Below are positions 30,001 to 45,000 of a stretch of 64,000 bases of DNA, piece after piece; within the stretch, counting starts at the first letter, position 1, and every line of letters starts with the position of its first letter. Made by a program: the position numbers and the translations under genes. Source of the stretch: Yuukianura sp. NJ FZ-2021. Its lineage: Eukaryota. The notes beneath the pieces are model-generated. The model was not told the origin of the DNA, made no database searches, and saw only the letters and a list, made by a program, of their open reading frames with translations. Location of the stretch: contig JAJCTO010000009.1 of NCBI GenBank assembly GCA_046563655.1, positions 1 through 64,000 on the forward strand, written 5' to 3'.

Positions 30001-33000
30001 GGTTTAGCTAACGCTGAAAAGCTAGAAAAACTGCGAAACATTTGGCGCTATACAGACCTACTATTCGACCGTGCAGATTTCCATGAAAAATGTGACAACT
30101 CAATCCGTCCACCAACGTTCATAAGCGTAATTACACAAATTTGACCCAATGGAGAGCACATAGAATACCGCCCAGAATTGCAAAGATTCAACGTTTTCGC
30201 AGTGGTTTTTCCGGAGCAAGAGTGTGGGAAAATATTGTGAACCTCAAAGCGATTCCGCTGAGCTAACGCTGAGAAGCAAAAAAACTGCGAAACATTTGGC
30301 GCTATACAGACCTACTATTCGACCGTGCAGATTTCCATGAAAAATGTGACAACTCAATCCGTCCACCAACGTTCATAAGCGTAATTACACAAATTTGACC
30401 CAATGGAGAGCACATAGAATACCGCCCAGAATTGCAAAGATTCAACGTTTTCGCAGTGGTTTTTCCGGAGCAAGTGTGTGGGAAAATTTTGTGAACCTGA
30501 AAGCGATTCGGTTTAGCTAACGCTGAGAAGCTAGAAAAACTGCGAAACATTTGGCGCTATACAGACCTACTATTCGACCGTGCAGATTTCCATGAAAAAT
30601 GTGACAACTCAATCCGTCCACCAACGTTCATAAGCGTAATTACACAAATTTGTCCCAATGGAGAGCACATAGAATACCGCCCAGAATTGCAAAGATTCAA
30701 CGTTTTCGCAGTGGTTTTTCCGGAGCAAGTGTGTGGGAAAATTTTGTGAACCTGAATGCGATTCGGTTTAGCTAACGCTGAAAAGCTAGAAAAACTGCGA
30801 AACATTTTTCGCTATACAGACCTACTATTCGACCGTTCAGATTTCCATGAAAAATGTGACATGTCAATCCGTCCACCAACGTTCATAAGCGTAATTACAC
30901 AAATTTGACCCAATGGAGAGCACATAGAATACCGCCCAGAATTGCAAAGATTCAACGTTTTCGCAGTGGTTTTTCCGGAGCAAGTGTGTGGGAAAATTTT
31001 GTGAACCTGAAAGCGATTCGGTTTAGCTAACGCTGAGAAGCTAGAAAAACTGCGAAACATTTGGCGCTATACAGACCTACTATTCGACCGTGCAGATTTC
31101 CATGAAAAATGTGACAACTCAATCCGTCCACCAACGTTCATAAGCGTAATTACACAAATTTGACCCAATGGAGAGCACATAGAATACCGCCCAGAATTGC
31201 AAAGATTCAACGTTTTCGCAGTGGTTTTTCCGGAGCAAGTGTGTGGGAAAATTTTGTGAACCTGAATGCGATTCGGTTTAGCTAACGCTGAAAAGATAGA
31301 AAAACTGCGAAACATTTGGCGCTATACAGACCTACTATTCGACCGTGCAGATTTTCTATGAAAAATGTGACAACTCAATCCGTCCACCAACGTTCATAAG
31401 CGTAATTACACAAATTTGACCCAATGGAGAGCACATAGAATACCGCCCAGAATTGCAAAGATTCAACGTTTTCGCAGTGGTTTTTCCGGAGCAAGTGTGT
31501 GGGAAAATTTTGTGAACCTGAAAGCGATTCGGTTTAGCTAACGCTGAAAAGCTAGAAAAACTGCGAAACATTTGGCGCTATACAGACCTACTATTCGACC
31601 GTGCAGATTTTCATGAAAAATGTGACATGTCAATCCGTCCACCAACGTTCATAAGCGTAATTACACAAATTTGACCCAATGGAGAGCACATAGAATACCG
31701 CCCAGAATTGCAAAGATTCAACGTTTTCGCAGTGGTTTTTCCGGAGCAAGAGTGTGGGAAAATATTGTGAACCTCAAAGCGATTCCGCTGAGCTAACGCT
31801 GAGAAGCTAGAAAAACTGCGAAACATTTGGCGCTATACAGACCTACTATTCGACCGTGCAGATTTCCATGAAAAATGTGACAACTCAATCCGTCCACCAA
31901 CGTTCATAAGCGTAATTACACAAATTTGACCCAATGGAGAGCACATAGAATACCGCCCAGAATTGCAAAGATTCAACGTTTTCGCAGTGGTTTTTCCGGA
32001 GCAAGTGTGTGGGAAAATTTTGTGAACCTGAAAGCGATTCGGTTTAGCTAACGCTGAGAAGCTAGAAAAACTGCGAAACATTTGGCGCTATACAGACCTA
32101 CTATTCGACCGTGCAGATTTCCATGAAAAATGTGACAACTCAATCCGTCCACCAACGTTCATAAGCGTAATTACACAAATTTGACCCAATGGAGAGCACA
32201 TAGAATACCGCCCAGAATTGCAAAGATTCAACGTTTTCGCAGTGGTTTTTCCGGAGCAAGTGTGTGGGAAAATTTTTTGAACCTGAAAGCGATTCGGTTT
32301 AGCTAACGCTGAAAAGCTAGAAAAACTGCGAAACATTTGGCGCTATACAGTACTATTCGACCGTTCAGATTTCCATGAAAAATGTGACAACTCAATCCGT
32401 CCACCAACGTTCATAAGCGTAATTACACAAATTTGTCCCAATGGAGAGCACATAGAATACCGCCCAGAATTGCAAAGATTCAACGTTTTCGCAGTGGTTT
32501 TTCCGGAGCAAGTGTGTGGGAAAATTTTGTGAACCTGAAAGCGATTCGGTTTAGCTAACGCTGAGAAGCTAGAAAAACTGCGAAACATTTGGCGCTATAC
32601 AGACCTACTATTCGACCGTGCAGATTTCCATGAAAAATGTGACAACTCAATCCGTCCACCAACGTTCATAAGCGTAATTACACAAATTTGACCCAATGGA
32701 GAGCACATAGAATACCGCCCAGAATTGCAAAGATTCAACGTTTTCGCAGTGGTTTTTCCGGAGCAAGTGTGTGGGAAAATTTTGTGAACCTGAATGCGAT
32801 TCGGTTTAGCTAACGCTGAAAAGATAGAAAAACTGCGAAACATTTGGCGCTATGCATACCTACCATTCGACCGTGCAGATTTTCATGAAAAATGTGACAA
32901 CTCAATCCGTCCACCAACGTTCATAAGCGTAATTACACAAATTTGACCCAATGGAGAGCACATAGAATACCGCCCAGAATTGCAAAGATTCAACGTTTTC

Positions 33001-36000
33001 GCAGTGGTTTTTCCGGAGCAAGTGTGTGGGAAAATTTTGTGAACCTGAAAGCGATTCGGTTTAGCTAACGCTGAAAAGCTAGAAAAACTGCGAAACATTT
33101 GGCGCTATACAGACCTACTATTCGACCGTGCAGATTTTCATGAAAAATGTGACATGTCAATCCGTCCACCAACGTTCATAAGCGTAATTACACAAATTTG
33201 ACCCAATGGAGAGCACATAGAATACCGCCCAGAATTGCAAAGATTCAACGTTTTCGCAGTGGTTTTTCCGGAGCAAGAGTGTGGGAAAATATTGTGAACC
33301 TCAAAGCGATTCCGCTGAGCTAACGCTGAGAAGCTAGAAAAACTGCGAAACATTTGGCGCTATACAGACCTACTATTCGACCGTGCAGATTTCCATAAAA
33401 AATGTGACATGTCAATCCGTCCACCAACGTCCATAAGCGTAATTACACAAATTTGACCCAATGGAGAGCACATAGAATACCGCCCAGAATTGCAAAGATT
33501 CAACGTTTTCGCAGTGGTTTTTCCGGAGCAAGTGTGTGGGAAAATTTTGTGAACCTGAAAGCGATTCGGTTTAGCTAACGCTGAAAAGCTAGAAAAACTG
33601 CGAAACATTTGGCGCTATACAGTACTATTCGACCGTTCAGATTTCCATGAAAAATGTGACATGTCAATCCGTCCGCCAACGTTCATAAGCGTAATTACAC
33701 AAATTTGACCCAATGGAGAGCACATAGAATACCGCCCAGAATTGCAAAGATTCAACGTTTTCGCAGTGGTTTTTCCGGAGCAAGTGTGTGGGAAAATTTT
33801 GTGAACCTGAATGCGATTCGGTTTAGCTAACGCTGAAAAGCTAGAAAAACTGCGAAACATTTGGCGCTATACAGTACTATTCGACCGTTCAGATTTCCAT
33901 GAAAAATGTGACGTCAATCCGTCCACCAACGTTCATAAGCGTAATTACACAAATTTGACCCAATGGAGAGCACATAGAATACCGCCCAGAATTGCAAAGA
34001 TTCAACGTTTTCGCAGTGGTTTTTCCGGAGCAAGTGTGTGGGAAAATTTTGTGAACCTGAAAGCGATTCGGTTTAGCTAACGCTGAGAAGCTAGAAAAAC
34101 TGCGAAACATTTGGCGCTATACGGACCTACTATTCGACCGTGCAGATTTCCATGAAAAATGTGACAACTCAATCCGTCCACCAACGTTCATAAGCGTAAT
34201 TACACAAATTTGTCCCAATGGAGAGCACATAGAATACCGCCCAGAATTGCAAAGATTCAACGTTTTCGCAGTGGTTTTTCCGGAGCAAGTGTGTGGGAAA
34301 ATTTTATGAACCTGAAAGCGATTCGGTTTAGCTAACGCTGAAAAGCTAGAAAAACTGCGAAACATTTGGCGCTATACAGTACTATTCGACCGTTCAGATT
34401 TCCATGAAAAATGTGACATGTCAATCCGTCCACCAACGTTCATAAGCGTAATTACACAAATTTGACCCAATGGAGAGCACATAGAATACCGCCCAGAATT
34501 GCAAAGATTCAACGTTTTCGCAGTGGTTTTTCCGGAGCAAGTGTGTGGGAAAATTTTGTGAACCTGAAAGCGATTCGGTTTAGCTAACGCTGAGAAGCTA
34601 GAAAAACTGCGAAACATTTGGCGCTATACGGACCTACTATTCGACCGTGCAGATTTCCATGAAAAATGTGACAACTCAATCCGTCCACCAACGTTCATAA
34701 GCGTAATTACACAAATTTGTCCCAATGGAGAGCACATAGAATACCGCCCAGAATTGCAAAGATTCAACGTTTTCGCAGTGGTTTTTCCGGAGCAAGTGTG
34801 TGGGAAAATTTTGTGAACCTGAATGCGATTTGGTTTAGCTAACGCTGAAAAGATAGAAAAACTGCGAAACATTTGGCGCTATGCATACCTACTATTCGAC
34901 CGTGCAGATTTTCATGAAAAATGTGACAAGTCAATCCGTCCACCAACGTTCATAAGCGTAATTACACAAATTTGACCCAATGGAGAGCACATAGAATACC
35001 GCCCAGAATTGCAAAGATTCAACGTTTTCGCAGTGGTTTTTCCGGAGCAAGTGTGTGGGAAAATTTTGTGAACCTGAAAGCGATTCGGTTTAGCTAACGC
35101 TGAAAAGCTAGAAAAACTGCGAAGCATTTGGCGCTATACAGACCTACTATTCGACCGTGCAGATTTTCATGAAAAATGTGACATGTCAATCCGTCCACCA
35201 ACGTTCATAAGCGTAATTACACAAATTTGACCCAATGGAGAGCACATAGAATACCGCCCAGAATTGCAAAGATTCAACGTTTTCGCAGTGGTTTTTCCGG
35301 AGCAAGTGTGTGGGAAAATTTTGTGAACCTGAAAGCGATTCGGTTTAGCTAACGCTGAAAAGCTAGAAAAACTGCGAAACATTTGGCGCTATACAGACCT
35401 ACTATTCGACCGTTCAGATTTCCATGAAAAATGTGACATGTCAATCCGTCCACCAACGTTCATAAGCGTAATTACACAAATTTGACCCAATGGAGAGCAC
35501 ATAGAATACCGCCCAGAATTGCAAAGATTCAACGTTTTCGCAGTGGTTTTTCCGGAGCAAGTGTGTGGGAAAATTTTGTGAACCTGAATGCGATTCGGTT
35601 TAGCTAACGCTGAAAAGCTAGAAAAACTGCGAAACATTTGGCGCTATACAGTACTATTCGACCGTTCAGATTTCCATGAAAAATGTGACGTCAATCCGTC
35701 CACCAACGTTCATAAGCGTAATTACACAAATTTGACCCAATGGAGAGCACATAGAATACCGCCCAGAATTGCAAAGATTCAACGTTTTCGCAGTGGTTTT
35801 TCCGGAGCAAGTGTGTGGGAAAATTTTGTGAACCTGAAAGCGATTCGGTTTAGCTAACGCTGAGAAGCTAGAAAAACTGCGAAACATTTGGCGCTATACA
35901 GACCTACTATTCGACCGTGCAGATTTCCATGAAAAATGTGACAACTCAATCCGTCCACCAACGTTCATAAGCGTAATTACACAAATTTGTCCCAATGGAG

Positions 36001-39000
36001 AGCACATAGAATACCGCCCAGAATTGCAAAGATTCAACGTTTTCGCAGTGGTTTTTCCGGAGCAAGTGTGTGGGAAAATTTTGTGAACCTGAATGCGATT
36101 CGGTTTAGCTAACGCTGAAAAGCTAGAAAAACTGCGAAACATTTGGCGCTATACAGTACTATTCGACCGTTCAGATTTCCATGAAAAATGTGACATGTCA
36201 ATCCGTCCACCAACGTCCATAAGCGTAATTACACAAATTTGACCCAATGGAGAGCACATAGGATACCGCCCAGAATTGCAAAGATTCAACGTTTTCGCAG
36301 TGGTTTTTCCGGAGCAAGTGTGTGGGAAAATTTTGTGAACCTGAAAGCGATTCGGTTTAGCTAACGCTGAGAAGCTAGAAAAACTGCGAAACATTTGGCG
36401 CTATACGGACCTACTATTCGACCGTGCAGATTTCTATGAAAAATGTGACAACTCAATCCGTCCACCAACGTCCATAAGCGTAATTACACAAATTTGACCC
36501 AATGGAGAGCACATAGAATACCGCCCAGAATTGCAAAGATTCAACGTTTTCGCAGTGGTTTTTCCGGAGCAAGTGTGTGGGAAAATTTTGTGAACCTGAA
36601 TGCGATTCGGTTTAGCTAACGCTGAAAAGATAGAAAAACTACGAAGCATTTGGCGCTATGCATACCTACCATTCGACCCTGCAGATTTTCATGAAAAATG
36701 TGACAAGTCAATCCGTCCACCAACGTTCATAAGCGTAATTACACAAATTTGACCCAATGGAGAGCACATAGAATACCGCCCAGAATTGCAAAGATTCAAC
36801 GTTTTCGCAGTGGTTTTTCCGGAGCAAGTGTGTGGGAAAATTTTGTGAACCTGAAAGCGATTCGGTTTAGCTAACGCTGAAAAGCTAGAAAAACTGCGAA
36901 ACATTTGGCGCTATACAGACCTACTATTCGACCGTGCAGATTTTCATGAAAAATGTGACATGTCAATCCGTCCACCAACGTTCATAAGCGTAATTACACA
37001 AATTTGACCCAATGGAGAGCACATAGAATACCGCCCAGAATTGCAAAGATTCAACGTTTTCGCAGTGGTTTTTCCGGAGCAAGAGTGTGGGAAAATATTG
37101 TGAACCTCAAAGCGATTCCGCTGAGCTAACGCTGAGAAGCTAGAAAAACTGCGAAACATTTGGCGCTATACAGACCTACTATTCGACCGTGCAGATTTCC
37201 ATGAAAAATGTGACAACTCAATCCGTCCACCAACGTTCATAAGCGTAATTACACAAATTTGACCCAATGGAGAGCACATAGAATACCGCCCAGAATTGCA
37301 AAGATTCAACGTTTTCGCAGTGGTTTTTCCGGAGCAAGTGTGTGGGAAAATTTTGTGAACCTGAAAGCGATTCGGTTTAGCTAACGCTGAAAAGCTAGAA
37401 AAACTGCGAAGCATTTGGCGCTATACAGACCTACTATTCGACCGTGCAGATTTCCATAAAAAATGTGACATGTCAATCCGTCCACCAACGTTCATAAGCG
37501 TAATTACACAAATTTGACCCAATGGAGAGCACATAGAATACCGCCCAGAATTGCAAAGATTCAACGTTTTCGCAGTGGTTTTTCCGGAGCAAGAGTGTGG
37601 GAAAATATTGTGAACCTCAAAGCGATTCCGCTGAGCTAACGCTGAGAAGCTAGAAAAACTGCGAAACATTTGGCGCTATACAGACCTACTATTCGACCGT
37701 GCAGATTTCCATGAAAAATGTGACAACTCAATCCGTCCGCCAACGTTCATAAGCGTAATTACACAAATTTGACCCAATGGAGAGCACATAGAATACCGCC
37801 CAGAATTGCAAAGATTCAACGTTTTCGCAGTGGTTTTTCCGGAGCAAGTGTGTGGGAAAATTTTGTGAACCTGAAAGCGATTTGGTTTAGCTAACGCTGA
37901 AAAGATAGAAAAACTGCGAAACATTTGGCGCTATGCATACCTACTATTCGACCGTGCAGATTTCCATAAAAAATGTGACATGTCAATCCGTCCACCAACG
38001 TCCATAAGCGTAATTACACAAATTTGACCCAATGGAGAGCACATAGAATACCGCCCAGAATTGCAAAGATTCAACGTTTTCGCAGTGGTTTTTCCGGAGC
38101 AAGTGTGTGGGAAAATTTTGTGAACCTGAAAGCGATTCGGTTTAGCTAACGCTGAGAAGCTAGAAAAACTGCGAAACATTTGGCGCTATACGGACCTACT
38201 ATTCGACCGTGCAGATTTCCATGAAAAATGTGACAACTCAATCCGTCCACCAACGTTCATAAGCGTAATTACACAAATTTGTCCCAATGGAGAGCACATA
38301 GAATACCGCCCAGAATTGCAAAGATTCAACGTTTTCGCAGTGGTTTTTCCGGAGCAAGTGTGTGGGAAAATTTTATGAACCTGAATGCGATTCGGTTTAG
38401 CTAACGCTGAAAAGCTAGAAAAACTGCGAAACATTTGGCGCTATACAGTACTATTCGACCGTTCAGATTTCCATGAAAAATGTGACATGTCAATCCGTCC
38501 ACCAACGTCCATAAGCGTAATTACACAAATTTGACCCAATGGAGAGCACATAGGATACCGCCCAGAATTGCAAAGATTCAACGTTTTCGCAGTGGTTTTT
38601 CCGGAGCAAGTGTGTGGGAAAATTTTGTGAACCTGAAAGCGATTCGGTTTAGCTAACGCTGAGAAGCTAGAAAAACTGCGAAACATTTGGCGCTATACGG
38701 ACCTACTATTCGACCGTGCAGATTTCTATGAAAAATGTGACAACTCAATCCGTCCACCAACGTTCATAAGCGTAATTACACAAATTTGTCCCAATGGAGA
38801 GCACATAGAATACCGCCCAGAATTGCAAAGATTCAACGTTTTCGCAGTGGTTTTTCCGGAGCAAGTGTGTGGGAAAATTTTGTGAACCTGAATGCGATTC
38901 GGTTTAGCTAACGCTGAAAAGATAGAAAAACTACGAAGCATTTGGCGCTATGCATACCTACCATTCGACCCTGCAGATTTTCATGAAAAATGTGACAAGT

Positions 39001-42000
39001 CAATCCGTCCACCAACGTTCATAAGCGTAATTACACAAATTTGACCCAATGGAGAGCACATAGAATACCGCCCAGAATTGCAAAGATTCAACGTTTTCGC
39101 AGTGGTTTTTCCGGAGCAAGTGTGTGGGAAAATTTTGTCAACCTGAAAGCGATTCGGTTTAGCTAACGCTGAAAAGCTAGAAAAACTGCGAAGCATTTGG
39201 CGCTATACAGACCTACTATTCGACCGTGCAGATTTTCATGAAAAATGTGACATGTCAATCCGTCCACCAACGTTCATAAGCGTAATTACACAAATTTGAC
39301 CCAATGGAGAGCACATAGAATACCGCCCAGAATTGCAAAGATTCAACGTTTTCGCAGTGGTTTTTCCGGAGCAAGTGTGTGGGAAAATTTTGTGAACCTG
39401 AAAGCGATTCGGTTTAGCTAACGCTGAAAAGCTAGAAAAACTGCGAAACATTTGGCGCTATACAGTACTATTCGACCGTTCAGATTTCCATGAAAAATGT
39501 GACATGTCAATCCGTCCGCCAACGTTCATAAGCGTAATTACACAAATTTGACCCAATGGAGAGCACATAGAATACCGCCCAGAATTGCAAAGATTCAACG
39601 TTTTCGCAGTGGTTTTCCGGAGCAAGTGTGTGGGAAAATTTTATGAACCTGAATGCGATTCGGTTTAGCTAACGCTGAAAAGCTAGAAAAACTGCGAAAC
39701 ATTTGGCGCTATACAGTACTATTCGACCGTTCAGATTTCCATGAAAAATGTGACGTCAATCCGTCCACCAACGTCCATAAGCGTAATTACACAAATTTGA
39801 CCCAATGGAGAGCACATAGGATACCGCCCAGAATTGCAAAGATTCAACGTTTTCGCAGTGGTTTTTCCGGAGCAAGTGTGTGGGAAAATTTTGTGAACCT
39901 GAAAGCGATTCGGTTTAGCTAACGCTGAGAAGCTAGAAAAACTGCGAAACATTTGGCGCTATACGGACCTACTATTCGACCGTGCAGATTTCCATGAAAA
40001 ATGTGACAACTCAATCCGTCCACCAACGTTCATAAGCGTAATTACACAAATTTGTCCCAATGGAGAGCACATAGAATACCGCCCAGAATTGCAAAGATTC
40101 AACGTTTTCGCAGTGGTTTTCCGGAGCAAGTGTGTGGGAAAATTTTATGAACCTGAATGCGATTCGGTTTAGCTAACGCTGAAAAGCTAGAAAAACTGCG
40201 AAACATTTGGCGCTATACAGTACTATTCGACCGTTCAGATTTCCATGAAAAATGTGACATGTCAATCCGTCCACCAACGTCCATAAGCGTAATTACACAA
40301 ATTTGACCCAATGGAGAGCACATAGAATACCGCCCAGAATTGCAAAGATTCAACGTTTTCGCAGTGGTTTTTCCGGAGCAAGTGTGTGGGAAAATTTTGT
40401 GAACCTGAAAGCGATTCGGTTTAGCTAACGCTGAGAAGCTAGAAAAACTGCGAAACATTTGGCGCTATACGGACCTACTATTCGACCGTGCAGATTTCTA
40501 TGAAAAATGTGACAACTCAATCCGTCCACCAACGTTCATAAGCGTAATTACACAAATTTGTCCCAATGGAGAGCACATAGAATACCGCCCAGAATTGCAA
40601 AGATTCAACGTTTTCGCAGTGGTTTTTCCGGAGCAAGTGTGTGGGAAAATTTTGTGAACCTGAATGCGATTCGGTTTAGCTAACGCTGAAAAGATAGAAA
40701 AACTACGAAGCATTTGGCGCTATGCATACCTACCATTCGACCCTGCAGATTTTCATGAAAAATGTGACAAGTCAATCCGTCCACCAACGTTCATAAGCGT
40801 AATTACACAAATTTGACCCAATGGAGAGCACATAGAATACCGCCCAGAATTGCAAAGATTCAACGTTTTCGCAGTGGTTTTTCCGGAGCAAGTGTGTGGG
40901 AAAATTTTGTCAACCTGAAAGCGATTCGGTTTAGCTAACGCTGAAAAGCTAGAAAAACTGCGAAGCATTTGGCGCTATACAGACCTACTATTCGACCGTG
41001 CAGATTTTCATGAAAAATGTGACATGTCAATCCGTCCACCAACGTTCATAAGCGTAATTACACAAATTTGACCCAACGGAGAGCACATAGAATACCGCCC
41101 AGAATTGCAAAGATTCAACGTTTTCGCAGTGGTTTTTCCGGAGCAAGAGTGTGGGAAAATATTGTGAACCTCAAAGCGATTCCGCTGAGCTAACGCTGAG
41201 AAGCTAGAAAAACTGCGAAACATTTGGCGCTATACAGACCTACTATTCGACCGTGCACATTTCCATGAAAAATGTGACAACTCAATCCGTCCGCCAACGT
41301 TCATAAGCGTAATTACACAAATTTGACCCAATGGAGAGCACATAGAATACCGCCCAGAATTGCAAAGATTCAACGTTTTCGCAGTGGTTTTTCCGGAGCA
41401 AGTGTGTGGGAAAATTTTGTGAACCTGAAAGCGATTCGGTTTAGCTAACGCTGAAAAGCTAGAAAAACTGCGAAGCATTTGGCGCTATACAGACCTACTA
41501 TTCGACCGTGCAGATTTTCGTGAAAAATGTGACATGTCAATCCGTCCACCAACGTTCATAAGCGTAATTACACAAATTTGACCCAATGGAGAGCACATAG
41601 AATACCGCCCAGAATTGCAAAGATTCAACGTTTTCGCAGTGGTTTTTCCGGAGCAAGAGTGTGGGAAAATATTGTGAACCTCAAAGCGATTCCGCTGAGC
41701 TAACGCTGAGAAGCTAGAAAAACTGCGAAACATTTGGCGCTATACAGACCTACTATTCGACCGTGCACATTTCCATGAAAAATGTGACAACTCAATCCGT
41801 CCGCCAACGTTCATAAGCGTAATTACACAAATTTGACCCAATGGAGAGCACATAGAATACCGCCCAGAATTGCAAAGATTCAACGTTTTCGCAGTGGTTT
41901 TTCCGGAGCAAGTGTGTGGGAAAATTTTGTGAACCTGAAAGCGATTCGGTTTAGCTAACGCTGAAAAGCTAGAAAAACTGCGAAACATTTTTCGCTATAC

Positions 42001-45000
42001 ACACCTACTATTCGACCGTGCAGGTTTCCATAAAAAATGTGACATGTCAATCCGTCCACCAACGTCCATAAGCGTAATTACACAAATTTGACCCAATGGA
42101 GGGCACATAGGATACCGCCCAGAATTGCAAACATTCAACGTTTTCGCAGTGGTTTTTCCGGAGCAAGTGTGTGGGAAAATTTTGTGAACCTGAAAGCGAT
42201 TCGGTTTAGCTAACGCTGAAAAGCTAGAAAAACTGCGAAACATTTGGCGCTATACAGTACTATTCGACCGTTCAGATTTCCATGAAAAATGTGACATGTC
42301 AATCCGTCCGCCAACGTTCATAAGCGTAATTACACAAATTTGACCCAATGGAGAGCACATAGAATACCGCCCAGAATTGCAAAGATTCAACGTTTTCGCA
42401 GTGGTTTTCCGGAGCAAGTGTGTGGGAAAATTTTATGAACCTGAATGCGATTCGGTTTAGCTAACGCTGAAAAGCTAGAAAAACTGCGAAACATTTGGCG
42501 CTATACAGTACTATTCGACCGTTCAGATTTCCATGAAAAATGTGACGTCAATCCGTCCACCAACGTCCATAAGCGTAATTACACAAATTTGACCCAATGG
42601 AGAGCACATAGGATACCGCCCAGAATTGCAAAGATTCAACGTTTTCGCAGTGGTTTTTTCGGAGCAAGTGTGTGGGAAAATTTTGTGAACCTGAAAGCGA
42701 TTCGGTTTAGCTAACGCTGAGAAGCTAGAAAAACTGCGAAACATTTGGCGCTATACGGACCTACTATTCGACCGTGCAGATTTCTATGAAAAATGTGACA
42801 ACTCAATCCGTCCACCAACGTTCATAAGCGTAATTACACAAATTTGTCCCAATGGAGAGCACATAGAATACCGCCCAGAATTGCAAAGATTCAACGTTTT
42901 CGCAGTGGTTTTCCGGAGCAAGTGTGTGGGAAAATTTTATGAACCTGAATGCGATTCGGTTTAGCTAACGCTGAAAAGCTAGAAAAACTGCGAAACATTT
43001 GGCGCTATACAGTACTATTCGACCGTTCAGATTTCCATGAAAAATGTGACATGTCAATCCGTCCACCAACGTCCATAAGCGTAATTACACAAATTTGACC
43101 CAATGGAGAGCACATAGGATACCGCCCAGAATTGCAAAGATTCAACGTTTTCGCAGTGGTTTTTCCGGAGCAAGTGTGTGGGAAAATTTTGTGAACCTGA
43201 AAGCGATTCGGTTTAGCTAACGCTGAGAAGCTAGAAAAACTGCGAAACATTTGGCGCTATACGGACCTACTATTCGACCGTGCAGATTTCTATGAAAAAT
43301 GTGACAACTCAATCCGTCCACCAACGTTCATAAGCGTAATTACACAAATTTGTCCCAATGGAGAGCACATAGAATACCGCCCAGAATTGCAAAGATTCAA
43401 CGTTTTCGCAGTGGTTTTTCCGGAGCAAGTGTGTGGGAAAATTTTGTGAACCTGAATGCGATTCGGTTTAGCTAACGCTGAAAAGATAGAAAAACTACGA
43501 AGCATTTGGCGCTATGCATACCTACCATTCGACCGTGCAGATTTTCATGAAAAATGTGACAAGTCAATCCGTCCACCAACGTTCATAAGCGCAATTACAC
43601 AAATTTGACCCAATGGAGAGCACATAGAATACCGCCCAGAATTGCAAAGATTCAACGTTTTCGCAGTGGTTTTTCCGGAGCAAGTGTGTGGGAAAATTTT
43701 GTCAACCTGAAAGCGATTCGGTTTAGCTAACGCTGAAAAGCTAGAAAAACTGCGAAGCATTTGGCGCTATACAGACCTACTATTCGACCGTGCAGATTTT
43801 CATGAAAAATGTGACATGTCAATCCGTCCACCAACGTTCATAAGCGTAATTACACAAATTTGACCCAACGGAGAGCACATAGAATACCGCCCAGAATTGC
43901 AAAGATTCAACGCTTTCGCAGTGGTTTTTCCGGAGCAAGAGTGTGGGAAAATATTGTGAACCTCAAAGCGATTCCGCTGAGCTAACGCTGAGAAGCTAGA
44001 AAAACTGCGAAACATTTGGCGCTATACAGACCTACTATTCGACCGTGCAGATTTCCATGAAAAATGTGACAACTCAATCCGTCCGTCAACGTTCATAAGC
44101 GTAATTACACAAATTTGACCCAATGGAGAGCACATAGAATACCGCCCAGAATTGCAAAGATTCAACGTTTTCGCAGTGGTTTTTCCGGAGCAAGTGTGTG
44201 GGAAAATTTTGTGAACCTGAAAGCGATTCGGTTTAGCTAACGCTGAAAGCTAGAAAAACTGCGAAACATTTTTCGCTATACAGACCTACTATTCGACCGT
44301 GCAGGTTTCCATAAAAAATGTGACATGTCAATCCGTCCACCAACGTCCATAAGCGTAATTACACAAATTTGACCCAATGGAGAGCACATAGGATACCGCC
44401 CAGAATTGCAAAGATTCAACGTTTTCGCAGTGGTTTTTCCGGAGCAAGTGTGTGGGAAAATTTTGTGAACCTGAAAGCGATTCGGTTTAGCTAACGCTGA
44501 AAAGCAAGAAAAACTGCGAAACATTTGGCGCTATACAGACCTACTATTCGACCGTGCAGATTTTCATGAAAAATGTGACATGTCAATCCGTCCACCAACG
44601 TTCATAAGCGTAATTACACAAATTTGACCCAATGGAGGGCACATAGGATACCGCCCAGAATTGCAAAGATTCAACGTTTTCGCAGTGGTTTTTCCGGAGC
44701 AAGTGTGTGGGAAAATTTTGTGAACCTGAAAGCGATTCGATTTAGCTAACGCTGAAAAGCTAGAAAAACTGCGAAACATTTGGCGCTATACAGTACTATT
44801 CGACCGTTCAGATTTCCATGAAAAATGTGACATGTCAATCCGTCCGCCAACGTTCATAAGCGTAATTACACAAATTTGACCCAATGGAGAGCACATAGAA
44901 TACCGCCCAGAATTGCAAAGATTCAACGTTTTCGCAGTGGTTTTCCGGAGCAAGTGTGTGGGAAAATTTTATGAACCTGAATGCGATTCGGTTTAGCTAA